Part shown: one piece after another, positions 31,434 to 40,198 of the stretch
Numbering within the stretch: the first letter of the stretch is position 1
How the letters are laid out: each line of letters starts with the position of its first letter
Source: Candidatus Latescibacterota bacterium
GTDB taxonomy: Bacteria; Latescibacterota; UBA2968; UBA8231
DNA: 64,000 nt
NCBI GenBank assembly: GCA_965204725.1
Contig: OZ242005.1
Location: forward strand, 608,001-672,000
Direction of reading: 5' to 3'
Notes under the pieces: model-generated
What the model saw: the letters and a program-made list of their open reading frames with translations, nothing else
What the model was told of the DNA's origin: nothing
Database searches by the model: none
Made by a program: the position numbers and the translations under genes

Positions 31434-32572
31434 GGTGTGTCCTCGTCCGGCGCATCCTCATTCAGGATGACATCTGCAATGCGCGGGTTCAGCAATCGCC
31501 AGCGTTGGCCGGTGCGCTCTAGATCGCCCTCCATGACGAGCGGCGACTTCGTCTTGTGAGCCTGTATGGCTCGCTCGTAATCGGACTGTTTTAGAACGGC
31601 CACGACCTCTTGGTTTTGCCCCTTAATGGATGCCCGCAGGGCAATGGTTCCTTCCGTATCCGTCTCGTAGCGTTTCAGCCTCTGCACGACGCCAAACAGG
31701 CGTATATCCGGTCGCGGTTCGCGCTCGCGAAATGACCGGGCAACTTGGCGCAGGATCGGCGCATCGTGAGCGGCGAAGCGAACGACGTTCCGGGCGGTAC
31801 TCATCGGATGGGTGCGCGCCCAAACCAGACTGATGTCGAGGGTTGGGAACGGCTCAATTAGCTTGACGAGTGCCTCGCACAAATTGGCACTCACTCCACG
31901 CGCTACGGCTTCCGAGAAAGCACCAGCGTCCCCGCCAACCGTTTTTTCGGTCGCCTCGCGGGTCGCTGCCAGCGCATCCGCCAGACGCCTTGTCACCTGT
32001 CGCTCAATCGGGTCATCGCCATCCAATGCCGAAAAGAGCGGCTGTTGTATCGGGGGAGAGATGACGGGACTCAACAGCGTAATGGCGAAGCTACCCTGTT
32101 CGGTCTGCCCTAAGCGAACCCGGCTCAGGTAGTCCCTAGCCTTTCTGTTAGCCCCCGCACGATAGAGGGGCTGTGGCTCTTGGAGCGAGCAGGCGGCAGC
32201 GAGGATCATGTCGCGTGCGCCACTCATTAGATCAACCCCATCGCTTACTGCCACGCTGCCGCTGTCGTCGCCATCAACCGCCCGGACCCGGACCACGTCG
32301 CGATCCGCCATCACCAAGTCGCGGTAGAGGGTAAGCTCGTCCACATCGGCGACCTTGGCGAAAATTTCAATGACCATCGAGACGACTCGGGCGTAATCGC
32401 CCAAGTGTGCAGTTCGCGGCAGAATGATCTCGGGTAGCCCCTCGCCCGTAAACACATCGGAATGCTCGCCGTAGGTATCGACCTTGGCCCAACCGGCCGT
32501 GCGAGCGTACGCAGACAACGCCGCAGGAGAAATCGCAAGCAAGGCTTCCTTGTCTTGGATACTGACTTTCAT
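31430..32572 (-). CDS. Hypothetical protein coupled to the DUF4365-like gene (putative defence component)
   Basis: 380 aa; ATGA/TGA overlaps with both neighbours; GQTEQGSF and [10 protein letters not shown] motifs; OB-like C-terminus. Confidence 0.75.
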   Translation of the reverse strand: MKVSIQDKEALLAISPAALSAYARTAGWAKVDTYGEHSDVFTGEGLPEIILPRTAHLGDYARVVSMVIEIFAKVADVDELTLYRDLVMADRDVVRVRAVDGDDSGSVAVSDGVDLMSGARDMILAAACSLQEPQPLYRAGANRKARDYLSRVRLGQTEQGSFAITLLSPVISPPIQQPLFSALDGDDPIERQVTRRLADALAATREATEKTVGGDAGAFSEAVARGVSANLCEALVKLIEPFPTLDISLVWARTHPMSTARNVVRFAAHDAPILRQVARSFREREPRPDIRLFGVVQRLKRYETDTEGTIALRASIKGQNQEVVAVLKQSDYERAIQAHKTKSPLVMEGDLERTGQRWRLLNPRIADVILNEDAPDEDTP

Positions 32573-33069
32573 CGGCTCCCTCCTGTTCTCGATTGTTCCA
32601 TTAGCGTCCGCAAACTTTCGACGTTGAACAGATTCTCTTCAGGGATGCGGACGGTAACAGACGACTGGTTAGCGGTTTCTTCGTATCCTTGCAGATTGAG
32701 CCAATAGGCCCGATGTCTCAGTATGAGTTCATCTTGGGTGATCGTCATCCATCGTTGTTCGTCTTTCGGCAAGTCAAGCACCACGAGTAGCCGAAGTATC
32801 TGGCTTTCAATACGCAGGTCATTGTAATTCTTAATGCCCAGCGGGAAGTGTAGGAACCCGTCACCCGGCCGTTTCAAGTTGACGGTAGCTTTCAACTGCA
32901 AATCGAGCAGGGGCCGTATCCTACCACCAGCACGGATGCACAGATCAACGCTGTCTCGGTCCGTGCTGGGAACTTCAGTGACATAACCGGCACGCGCCGC
33001 CACTGCCCGTGCATAGATAAGGGACAGGGCTTCTTTCTGATCGGAGACTGTCAGCAATGCGTCGGTCAT
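32569..33069 (-). CDS. DUF4365-like PD-(D/E)xK nuclease-fold protein
   Basis: KEALS..Y..AVAA.AG, DRDSVD, LQLKAT, KNYNDLR, AYWLNL.G. Confidence 0.8.
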   Translation of the reverse strand: MTDALLTVSDQKEALSLIYARAVAARAGYVTEVPSTDRDSVDLCIRAGGRIRPLLDLQLKATVNLKRPGDGFLHFPLGIKNYNDLRIESQILRLLVVLDLPKDEQRWMTITQDELILRHRAYWLNLQGYEETANQSSVTVRIPEENLFNVESLRTLMEQSRTGGSR

Positions 33070-33090
33070 GCAATGGCCTCCGCCATTTTT

Positions 33091-34281
33091 TTAGCACTTT
33101 TCATGTAGAGCCTCGCAGTTAGATTCGCGGCGGTCTGGAACTTCGAGATTAGCCCCACGAGCGTTCTGTCTTCTTTCGAGAAAATAAAATAGCTGGTGAG
33201 CCGTCAGTATTCCAATCAATGCAGATTTATAACCGAACTTAGACGGATTCGCAACACCATGTGCAACACTATGTCTGGAGACTTCGATATTCTCTGAGCT
33301 ATGATCGAAATTCGCAAAATAGACATCACGGAGATAGGCAGCGAAACGACGGGGTAAGAGTAGGCATTTATCGTTTTCTATTTGGGCAGCCACTGCTAAC
33401 TCCGTCAGGTTTTCGGATCTAGGAGGCAGTTGAGTGTCAAAAATACTATTATGAGTGCGTAAGATTCCTTCTATCCGGGGAAACAACAACGCGGTGCAAC
33501 TCACAGGATCATCGTTTTGGAACCGTTCGACAGCACGTTCAAGAAGATCAAGGTGGGGCAGGAACGAAGGGTGTTCACGCCAACTTTCTAGCATTTGTGG
33601 AACACGGCTCTTAGTTTCGGAAACAATGTCATCGAGGTTTTCATCTGGGTCCCAACCAGATCGGATATGACTTATTAAGGCACCGATCTTTTCATTGCTA
33701 AGACCCACAAATGGGAACCATTTTTTGGAAAACAAGGCATCCCATTCAGCATCAGAAATGCTAAGCCTTTCTTGAAATAGTACCTGTCCATACATATGGG
33801 CCAAAACTGCGGCTATGTCATACTGGCGCGGCTGTGGGTGTGGAAGTGTGGGACCAAAATCAAAAAAAAGTCCCTTTCTCCAGCCAACGGAAAATACAAA
33901 TAAGACGCCAGCATCGTCAGGTATTTGTACACCAAGTTCGACACTCTTCATATCAGCGATGTCATCTTTAGAGATGGATTCCCCTTCTTCAATTGGCCTT
34001 GCTGAACGAACATTCATACGTAAATCTAGTTCATTCACGTAAACGCATGCTTTACCGTCACGACGGCAAATAGCTAGCATGTGATCTATTTGCGATGGGG
34101 AGATATGAGACGGCAACCGTTGTAGAATATGACCGGTTGCTCCTTCGATCCGTTGAATGAAGTGTCCCCCGTCCTCAGTCGATGTGAATTCACGGTACAC
34201 AAGATCGACATGTTCACCGGCACGGGCAGATGTACGAGCATAACCAGCCGGTGGCTTTCCAAGGTCAATTTCAAATGGCAT
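33091..34281 (-). CDS. Hypothetical protein with a C-terminal HEPN-like RxxxxH motif
   Basis: Helical C-terminus with IEGILR and SRHSVAHG; lower GC; GAGGAG RBS. Confidence 0.7.
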   Translation of the reverse strand: MPFEIDLGKPPAGYARTSARAGEHVDLVYREFTSTEDGGHFIQRIEGATGHILQRLPSHISPSQIDHMLAICRRDGKACVYVNELDLRMNVRSARPIEEGESISKDDIADMKSVELGVQIPDDAGVLFVFSVGWRKGLFFDFGPTLPHPQPRQYDIAAVLAHMYGQVLFQERLSISDAEWDALFSKKWFPFVGLSNEKIGALISHIRSGWDPDENLDDIVSETKSRVPQMLESWREHPSFLPHLDLLERAVERFQNDDPVSCTALLFPRIEGILRTHNSIFDTQLPPRSENLTELAVAAQIENDKCLLLPRRFAAYLRDVYFANFDHSSENIEVSRHSVAHGVANPSKFGYKSALIGILTAHQLFYFLERRQNARGANLEVPDRRESNCEALHEKC

Positions 34282-34542
34282 TTCTAGCTCCTCGAACTAG
34301 GGTTGTGTGCATCGTTTAATTTTAGATACAGTCTCGAATCGGTCGAATTTAATCAAGTTAATCTTGTCTCGGAAAGATCGGCCAATTATTGTCAAATCGC
34401 CCCCAACCCGATTGCCAGGTTTAAGCAACTTTATATGCGGCTGATAATAACGGGCTCCGAAGCAGTTCCTCCACGACGTAGTAGGATGTCGTTTACCTAC
34501 TACCTGTTGAGTCTCTAACCGATAGACACTTAGTCATTACTA

Positions 34543-35976
34543 TTACCCTACCTTCATTTCTCCCGACACCAGCTTCGGCAGCAGCGCGTCGCGCAGGGCG
34601 GCGAGGGTGCGGGATTCGCTAACAGCCTCGCTGGCCCGTGCAAACAGCGGTTGAACAACTTTACCGAACCTTGCGGCGATGGGTTCGGGCGGCGAAGGCA
34701 ACAGAAACTGAGACAATGCTTTCGCGGGTACGCGCTGACGGCCGCTCGTCCCTGTCATGTTCTGAATTGCAAACTCGCGGAACCTTGCACTACGGGCGAG
34801 GCAATAGGCAAACTCGTTTGGGAGCGGCGACATTGGCCGCAGGACAATATACTCAGTCGAACCCCAGCCTATCTGGTCAGGGGGCAAGAAATCCACATAG
34901 GCTGTTTTGCCGTTTTCCAAGCAAGGAGTAATGCGAGCGACAAGGGTGTCGCCGTTGGTGAATCGCATCCCTGAGCCGAAGGGCCGGTCGATCACCTTAT
35001 CGGGGACATGTCCTCTCGTCGGCATGTTCGCCATGTCAAGATATGGGGCGACCTCTCTCCTTCGCAGCGATCTCGGTGGATTGACCTCGATCACTTCGGG
35101 TAGCGGAACGACCTCCCACCCCGCCGGTATCTCCCCCAATTCCGAATCGACAAAATGATCGGGAAACAACGCCGCAATACTCGGCTCCATCTTATCGAGA
35201 TACGCCCGAGCACGTTCCCTCGTCCACCCCTTCCCTTGCTCCCCCTCCCCACCTCCATCACTCCCCCCTCGGGGGGGAGTCGCCGCCCCCGGCGGCGGTG
35301 GGGGGCCTTCCAACGCCGCGTACACCCTTTCCAACACGCCAAAGCAGTCCTCAAAAACCTCGTTGTTCCAAAACCGCAGAACGCGATAGCCCTCGTTCCG
35401 CAAGAAGCGGTCGCGCCGCTCGTCGTAGTCTTTTCGTTGGACATGGTAGCCGCCATCAACTTCAACGAGCAGCTTCCGGGACAGACATGCGAAATCCACG
35501 ATGTACGGGCCGATGGGCTGCTGGCGGCGAAACTTATAGCCGCCTAATCGCTTGCCGCGCAGGTAGTGCCACAGCAAGCCCTCGGCGTCGGTTTGGGCTT
35601 GGCGGAGGGCGCGGGCCTTTTGCAGGGTCTGGCGGGTATATTGGCGGCGGAGGCCCCCCACCGGCGCGCTGGCGCGCCGACTCCCCCCAAGGGGGGGAGT
35701 GATGAAGGGAGGGGTGCGCTGGGGCTGCTTGAGTGCGGCTTTGGCGTGGACCGGGTCGAAATCGACGAACCACGACTTGAACAGTGCCCGCCCCATCTCC
35801 TCCAAAGTCTCATTCTCGCGCCGGTTGAGTTCAATTTTGTCGTCGAGGGTGCCGAGGATGTGGGCGATGGCGCGTTGTTCGGGGAGAGGCGGGAGGTTTA
35901 GTTTCAACTCCTCAAGTCGCCATGCCTCCTTCTGCGAATAGGTCGCGTCATTAACTACGATGTAGTCGCCAAGCAT
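34543..35976 (-). pseudogene. hsdS: Type I specificity subunit lacking most of TRD1, with an in-frame DUF559 insertion
   Basis: [25 protein letters not shown] begins ~27 aa after the start; [43 protein letters not shown]. Confidence 0.85.
35256..35704 (-). mobile_element. DUF559 (Vsr-like) endonuclease module flanked by ~53-bp hairpin-containing inverted repeats
   Basis: [48 protein letters not shown]; inverted repeats at 35256-35308 and 35651-35704. Confidence 0.8.
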
Positions 35977-36227
35977 TACAATCCCTCAACAGACTTACCT
36001 GTAAGTTCCATGTACAGCGCATCGGCGCAAAGGTCGAGGTCATCGTCCCAAGCTATGGCTCGGTGGGAAGTTATATGCACCTTCTCGAAATATCCCGGCT
36101 CGTCCCAAACCTTGAACACGCCCTTCCCGGCGAGGTCCGACAAGTCTATCTCACCGGCGACGCCATCCGAATATCGAAGCCAAATGCGGTAGCCGGCTCG
36201 TGGGTGAACTTCGGTCGGTCTTTTCAT
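35976..36227 (-). CDS. DUF2442 family protein (orphan antitoxin-like)
   Basis: [29 protein letters not shown]. Confidence 0.85.
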   Translation of the reverse strand: MKRPTEVHPRAGYRIWLRYSDGVAGEIDLSDLAGKGVFKVWDEPGYFEKVHITSHRAIAWDDDLDLCADALYMELTGKSVEGL

Positions 36228-36577
36228 GGTGTTGCCTCCTTATCCCAAGCTATTCGTTCCTTGTCCTCCCCCTGCACAACCACATACTCCCGCTCAATCT
36301 CCCGATGAAAGCTCTCCGGCAACCCAGCCCAATCATGCGTCTGCACAAGGATCGGGACGTTAGACTCCTCCAACGCCTCAGTCAAATCCAGCAGTTGACC
36401 GCCCGGTATCCGCTGCAAGTCCGGCCCTCTGAGCACTAAGTCCAAGTCACTGCCCTCGTGGCTTCTACCGTTGACGCGGCTGCCGTAAGCCCACACCTCC
36501 ACACCGGGCACGTGCTCTTGCAGCAGGGCCTCAATCCGATCCCGGTAGCGGCGCGGCAAATCCAGACGGTCAGTCAT
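36224..36577 (-). CDS. Minimal nucleotidyltransferase antitoxin (MntA-like)
   Basis: YGSRVNGRSHEGSDLDL (GS-X10-DXD). Confidence 0.9.
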   Translation of the reverse strand: MTDRLDLPRRYRDRIEALLQEHVPGVEVWAYGSRVNGRSHEGSDLDLVLRGPDLQRIPGGQLLDLTEALEESNVPILVQTHDWAGLPESFHREIEREYVVVQGEDKERIAWDKEATP

Positions 36578-36992
36578 CCTCCCCCTCCGTTATGACCTGA
36601 ACTAACTCCTTGGCGTCGGCGATGAATTGAGGCACCAGCGCAAGCGTCGCCTCCGCAAAGCCCTCGCCGTATTGGTGCGCCGTGTCATTGCGGTGGTCGC
36701 GGTACTCCAGCCAACGCTCGCAACTCTCAACTGAGATTAGCCCGTGTTTTGCGGCGTGGCGAAACAAGCTTTTGAAGGTTAGCTGGTCCGCCTGCCGATT
36801 GCTGGCGAAATAGGGCCTGAGCCGTTTTTTCAACAAGCTGCCGCTTTGCTCCAAGATCAACTCAAACTCCTTGACACAAGCGGTGCGGAAGATGTCGTAC
36901 CAGACGGTGTCCTCGTCGTACTGTTGCAACTGCTCCAACGCCGTTTCTAGGACGCGGATGCAGCGCGTGAGGAAGTCAGTGTTGATGTTCAT
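36570..36992 (-). CDS. HI0074-family HEPN protein (HepT-like toxin / NTase substrate-binding)
   Basis: KEFE, RNDTAHQY (R-X4-H-X-Y). Confidence 0.9.
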   Translation of the reverse strand: MNINTDFLTRCIRVLETALEQLQQYDEDTVWYDIFRTACVKEFELILEQSGSLLKKRLRPYFASNRQADQLTFKSLFRHAAKHGLISVESCERWLEYRDHRNDTAHQYGEGFAEATLALVPQFIADAKELVQVITEGEDD

Positions 36993-36995
36993 GTT

Positions 36996-37049
36996 TTACT
37001 GCCGATCTCCGTACATCTCCGTGATAAGGCGTCGGAGTTGGGCCGCCAT
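36996..37049 (-). pseudogene. PemK/MazF toxin remnant (17 aa)
   Basis: MAAQLRRLITEMYGDRQ*; ATG overlaps the antitoxin stop (TGATG); resembles recalled PemK C-termini. Confidence 0.55.
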
Positions 37050-37291
37050 CAGTCGAGTCCATCGGCGACCGCGGCGTCGAGATCGCTCCAGTCTTCGCGG
37101 TCAGCCGCCATGGCGCGGTAGGTCTCTTGCCAAGAGAGCTTGTTCTTTTCGTTACTGTGCAGAAAAACGCCTTCTTCGGTTTCTTCGAGGACGAGCGAGT
37201 CGTCCCAGCCGTATTTCTGCAACAGGACCTTGGGAAGACGAATGCCCTTAGCGTTGCCGATGGCGATCACTTTGACGGCTCTGGTTGCCAT
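37049..37291 (-). CDS. AbrB/MazE/SpoVT family antitoxin
   Basis: KVIAIGNAKGIRLPK; acidic tail DWSDLD..VADGLD. Confidence 0.9.
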   Translation of the reverse strand: MATRAVKVIAIGNAKGIRLPKVLLQKYGWDDSLVLEETEEGVFLHSNEKNKLSWQETYRAMAADREDWSDLDAAVADGLD

Positions 37292-37349
37292 TTCTTTACC
37301 CGCGTTCAGTTCTTATTCGACGAAGGGTACAATACGCTATATACGACGC

Positions 37350-38114
37350 TCATGCCGCAAGTTCCTCCCGCACACCCTCCCGCTGGCTCCACATCACCGG
37401 CCGCACGTCGTAGCTCCGTAGAGCATCCAGCGCCGCCTGATGCACCGTTTGCTCCGAATCATTCAGCAGTGCATATACACGAGATTCGGGAGTACGTACC
37501 TCCTTCGTGTCAATCCATGAGAGAACCACAGCCTGAGCAGCAGAGCGATCTGGTCGGTTGATTGTCTTGATGACGCGCTCCGGTTGCTGCCGGGACTTTG
37601 GAATTACGAAATCGAACAAGTGGTCGTACCCGGTCTTTCCGGTGAACTTCACCTTGGGGGTATATCGAATATCATGCACATCCAGCCAAGCAACGACATC
37701 CTCGTAGAACAGGCTTGCCACCATAGGCACCGCCAGATAGAACATATCATTAACGGCGAGCATTGCTTGGACGAGATTGTGTTTACGCAGCGAGAAATTG
37801 CCAGCCGACGCATGGACCTGCAACGCATTGCCGTCCTTCTTCACCCCGAAGCCGTTGAGTGTTGTCTTGAGCAGTTCTTGGCGCTTACGGCTATCGAGCT
37901 TACAGCCGCTTTGCTTCAGGTCGTCTATGATGTATCCATCGTCCGTTAATAAAAATCCCTCATTGACCTTCTTGACGTAGATCTGCACATAGTCGTTGTG
38001 TCGGTCGAGATAGGGCGTTGTGATTTCGACCCATTGGTCGATTTGGTTCAAGACGGTCTTGTCCTTGAGCCAAACATGATAGGCATCCAGCAGCCTATGA
38101 ATATCCTGAATCAT
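37350..38114 (-). CDS. DUF1828/DUF1829 domain protein
   Basis: [37 protein letters not shown]; likely start MIQDIH at 38114. Confidence 0.85.
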   Translation of the reverse strand: MIQDIHRLLDAYHVWLKDKTVLNQIDQWVEITTPYLDRHNDYVQIYVKKVNEGFLLTDDGYIIDDLKQSGCKLDSRKRQELLKTTLNGFGVKKDGNALQVHASAGNFSLRKHNLVQAMLAVNDMFYLAVPMVASLFYEDVVAWLDVHDIRYTPKVKFTGKTGYDHLFDFVIPKSRQQPERVIKTINRPDRSAAQAVVLSWIDTKEVRTPESRVYALLNDSEQTVHQAALDALRSYDVRPVMWSQREGVREELAA

Positions 38115-38210
38115 GTGAAAAGCCCCCGATCTATGTAGGGCGGTTGCGCGGTGTTTCTCCATTGCGATTAAAGCGTCCGCGTCCGCTTGTGTAAGAAGGA
38201 TGTCCACCAT
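38111..38210 (-). pseudogene. Remnant of the DUF6978-like upstream partner gene (head+tail only)
   Basis: Head [21 protein letters not shown] is followed in another frame by the tail [10 protein letters not shown], whose stop overlaps the DUF1828 ATG (ATGA). Confidence 0.6.
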
Positions 38211-38332
38211 CTGATTTTCGGCCCTTTATTGGCGTTCTGCTGGAAGCCCTGAAGCGTTCAATAGCTCAGAGCTTCTCCCAAAAAGAATATACGTAACGTC
38301 AAGCCGGTCAGCCGATGCGCTCCTCGTGCGCC

Positions 38333-40072
38333 TCATGGCTCTATGGCGCGATACTCCACCAGCGCGGACCGGCCCACAATATCGACAATACGCACCCGCC
38401 GTTCCTTTCCACCCGCGTCCGTCAGCCGCAACTCTTCTCCCAAAATGAAGTGAACCGGCTGCGGCTCGCCTTGGTTAATGGCGATGTTGGAGGCGTATAG
38501 GTACGTCCTGTCGTGGGTATCCAAGATGGGATTCAACCGCCCCGTCAAATTCGGAATATGGCCGGTCGCCTCTGGAAAAATGACCGCACCGCCCTCGGGT
38601 AGCGTCTCAAGTTCTACCGCGAGGGCACCTCGGCTCGGCACCCACTCCCGTTCCATATACGCGGCGCACCCAACAGCGGCAACAAACACCGTCATGGGAA
38701 GATGCGTAGCGTGTAGATCAATGGCCGCCTCGCCGTCTTCGTCGGTGGTCTCACGCTTCCACGTCTTGTTTGGAAAGAGGGCCAATACATCGGCGTTAGG
38801 TAGGGGCTGGCCAGCGCACCACACGGTGATAACAGCGCGGGCCGGCGTCGATTCTAGCGAAGCCGAGGGGATGGTCACGCACAGTTCGGAATCCGCGATG
38901 AGCCGAAACTCGGGGAAGGAGCCGCTGAGTTCCCGGGTGGCCCGCCGCATGATGGGAACCCCGTCCCCGCGTCGTTCCATGATGTACAACCGCCCACCAG
39001 CACCCTTGAGACTGGAAGCAGGAACTCGGCCCAGCAATGAAGTCAAAAGCTCGTTCCGCGTCGCCTGTCGGTGCGGCATATCTTCTACCGTCAGGTTGTT
39101 CGGCAGCGAACCCGGCGATTGGATCTCGACCCGATCCTCGAACATCGAAAGACGGATCCGGCTCGCTTGAATCGAATAATCGCGGTGCGCCACGGCGTTG
39201 ACCACCGCCTCGAACAGGGCTTCTTCGCTGTATTGCGGCAGTTCCGCACGCGCCGGCACCTTGTGCGCGGCAACGCGCATATTCCGCACGATAAAGGCCA
39301 CCGCTTCGGCGATTTGCCGTTGCAGCGGGCCGCCAATGGTTTGTGCATCAACCTGCCCCGTAGCGCGATCTCGACCTCGATAGCAGGTAGCGGTGATGCA
39401 GGCGTTTTTTAGCCACTCCTCCGGGGCCGCACTGCACAACAACACCCCGGCCACAGTAGCTCGCCGGACGCCGTTCTCGCCTATGGCCAGCAATCCCATC
39501 TTCTCCAGTGCCGCTGGGGGATCGGCGGCCCCCTCCGCGCTCAGCAGCGGCTTCCACAACCCTTCGTCCAGTGTTCGGAAACCCGTTTCCGGGACCGGCT
39601 GCTCGTCGAACCACTGAAAGCGAGCTTGTCCCCGCCGCTGTGCTAGGCGCAGCCGCTCGTCGCTCGTCATCCGGCGCTTTGAACTGCCGACTCGGTGGTA
39701 GCTGCCTCCGGGGCTGTCGTGCTGGGCATGACCTTGCGGCACTTCGACCAGCAGCAGTGGACATTCGTCTAGGATGCGCCGAAGGATGGTAGGCCGAACC
39801 GGCGGCTTGATCACATCGGTGCAGATGTCTATCAACAGCCGCTCTAGTGCGTCCATCTGTTCACGCGACATACCTTGAATTGCGCCTGCGTCGGTAACAC
39901 CGCAGAGCAGTACGCCGCCATCGGCGTTGGCGAACGCAGCGATCTCATCGGCCAAATCATCGCGGCTCGGACCTTTTGGCCGACTTCCGGCAAACTCGAT
40001 TTGCTTAAACTCCCATTGGCTATCCTCGCCTAAGCGAATTTGGCGTACGATCTCTTGGTCGGTGTAGTTCAT
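38333..40072 (-). CDS. AlbA_2 (Schlafen-like) + HATPase_c_4 domain protein with an extra C-terminal beta domain
   Basis: GEDSQWEFK, IAAFANADGG.LL.GV.D, EAVVNAVAHRDY, IQSPG.LP, RNELL, MERRGDG. Confidence 0.85.
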   Translation of the reverse strand: MNYTDQEIVRQIRLGEDSQWEFKQIEFAGSRPKGPSRDDLADEIAAFANADGGVLLCGVTDAGAIQGMSREQMDALERLLIDICTDVIKPPVRPTILRRILDECPLLLVEVPQGHAQHDSPGGSYHRVGSSKRRMTSDERLRLAQRRGQARFQWFDEQPVPETGFRTLDEGLWKPLLSAEGAADPPAALEKMGLLAIGENGVRRATVAGVLLCSAAPEEWLKNACITATCYRGRDRATGQVDAQTIGGPLQRQIAEAVAFIVRNMRVAAHKVPARAELPQYSEEALFEAVVNAVAHRDYSIQASRIRLSMFEDRVEIQSPGSLPNNLTVEDMPHRQATRNELLTSLLGRVPASSLKGAGGRLYIMERRGDGVPIMRRATRELSGSFPEFRLIADSELCVTIPSASLESTPARAVITVWCAGQPLPNADVLALFPNKTWKRETTDEDGEAAIDLHATHLPMTVFVAAVGCAAYMEREWVPSRGALAVELETLPEGGAVIFPEATGHIPNLTGRLNPILDTHDRTYLYASNIAINQGEPQPVHFILGEELRLTDAGGKERRVRIVDIVGRSALVEYRAIEP

Positions 40073-40173
40073 GGGGCGTCTCCAAACCCGAGGGCCTTCA
40101 GATTCGCCTCAATAGCCGCGTCCAGCCGCACGGCCTCGGCCTGCGCCCCGGCGGTGTTGGAAATTGTCGTCAT
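40069..40173 (-). pseudogene. hsdM: Type I methyltransferase C-terminal remnant (34-aa mini-ORF)
   Basis: MTTISNTAGAQAEAVRLDAAIEANLKALGFGDAP*; the tail matches the recalled HsdM terminal helix; ATGA overlap with the next gene. Confidence 0.65.
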
Positions 40174-40198
40174 GGTATGGTATCCTCTCGTTAAAAAA

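Noticed and set aside
34282-34542. AT-rich gap after hsdS, possibly another gene remnant
   Set aside because: Only short open stretches; no family recognised
34543-35976. Phase-variable hsdS shufflon
   Set aside because: Only one TRD and no recombinase; the inverted repeats flank DUF559, not TRDs
38259-38336. 25-aa ORF (MRRTRSASADRL...) coupled by ATGA to the AlbA gene
   Set aside because: Could be another stub but has no recognisable homology
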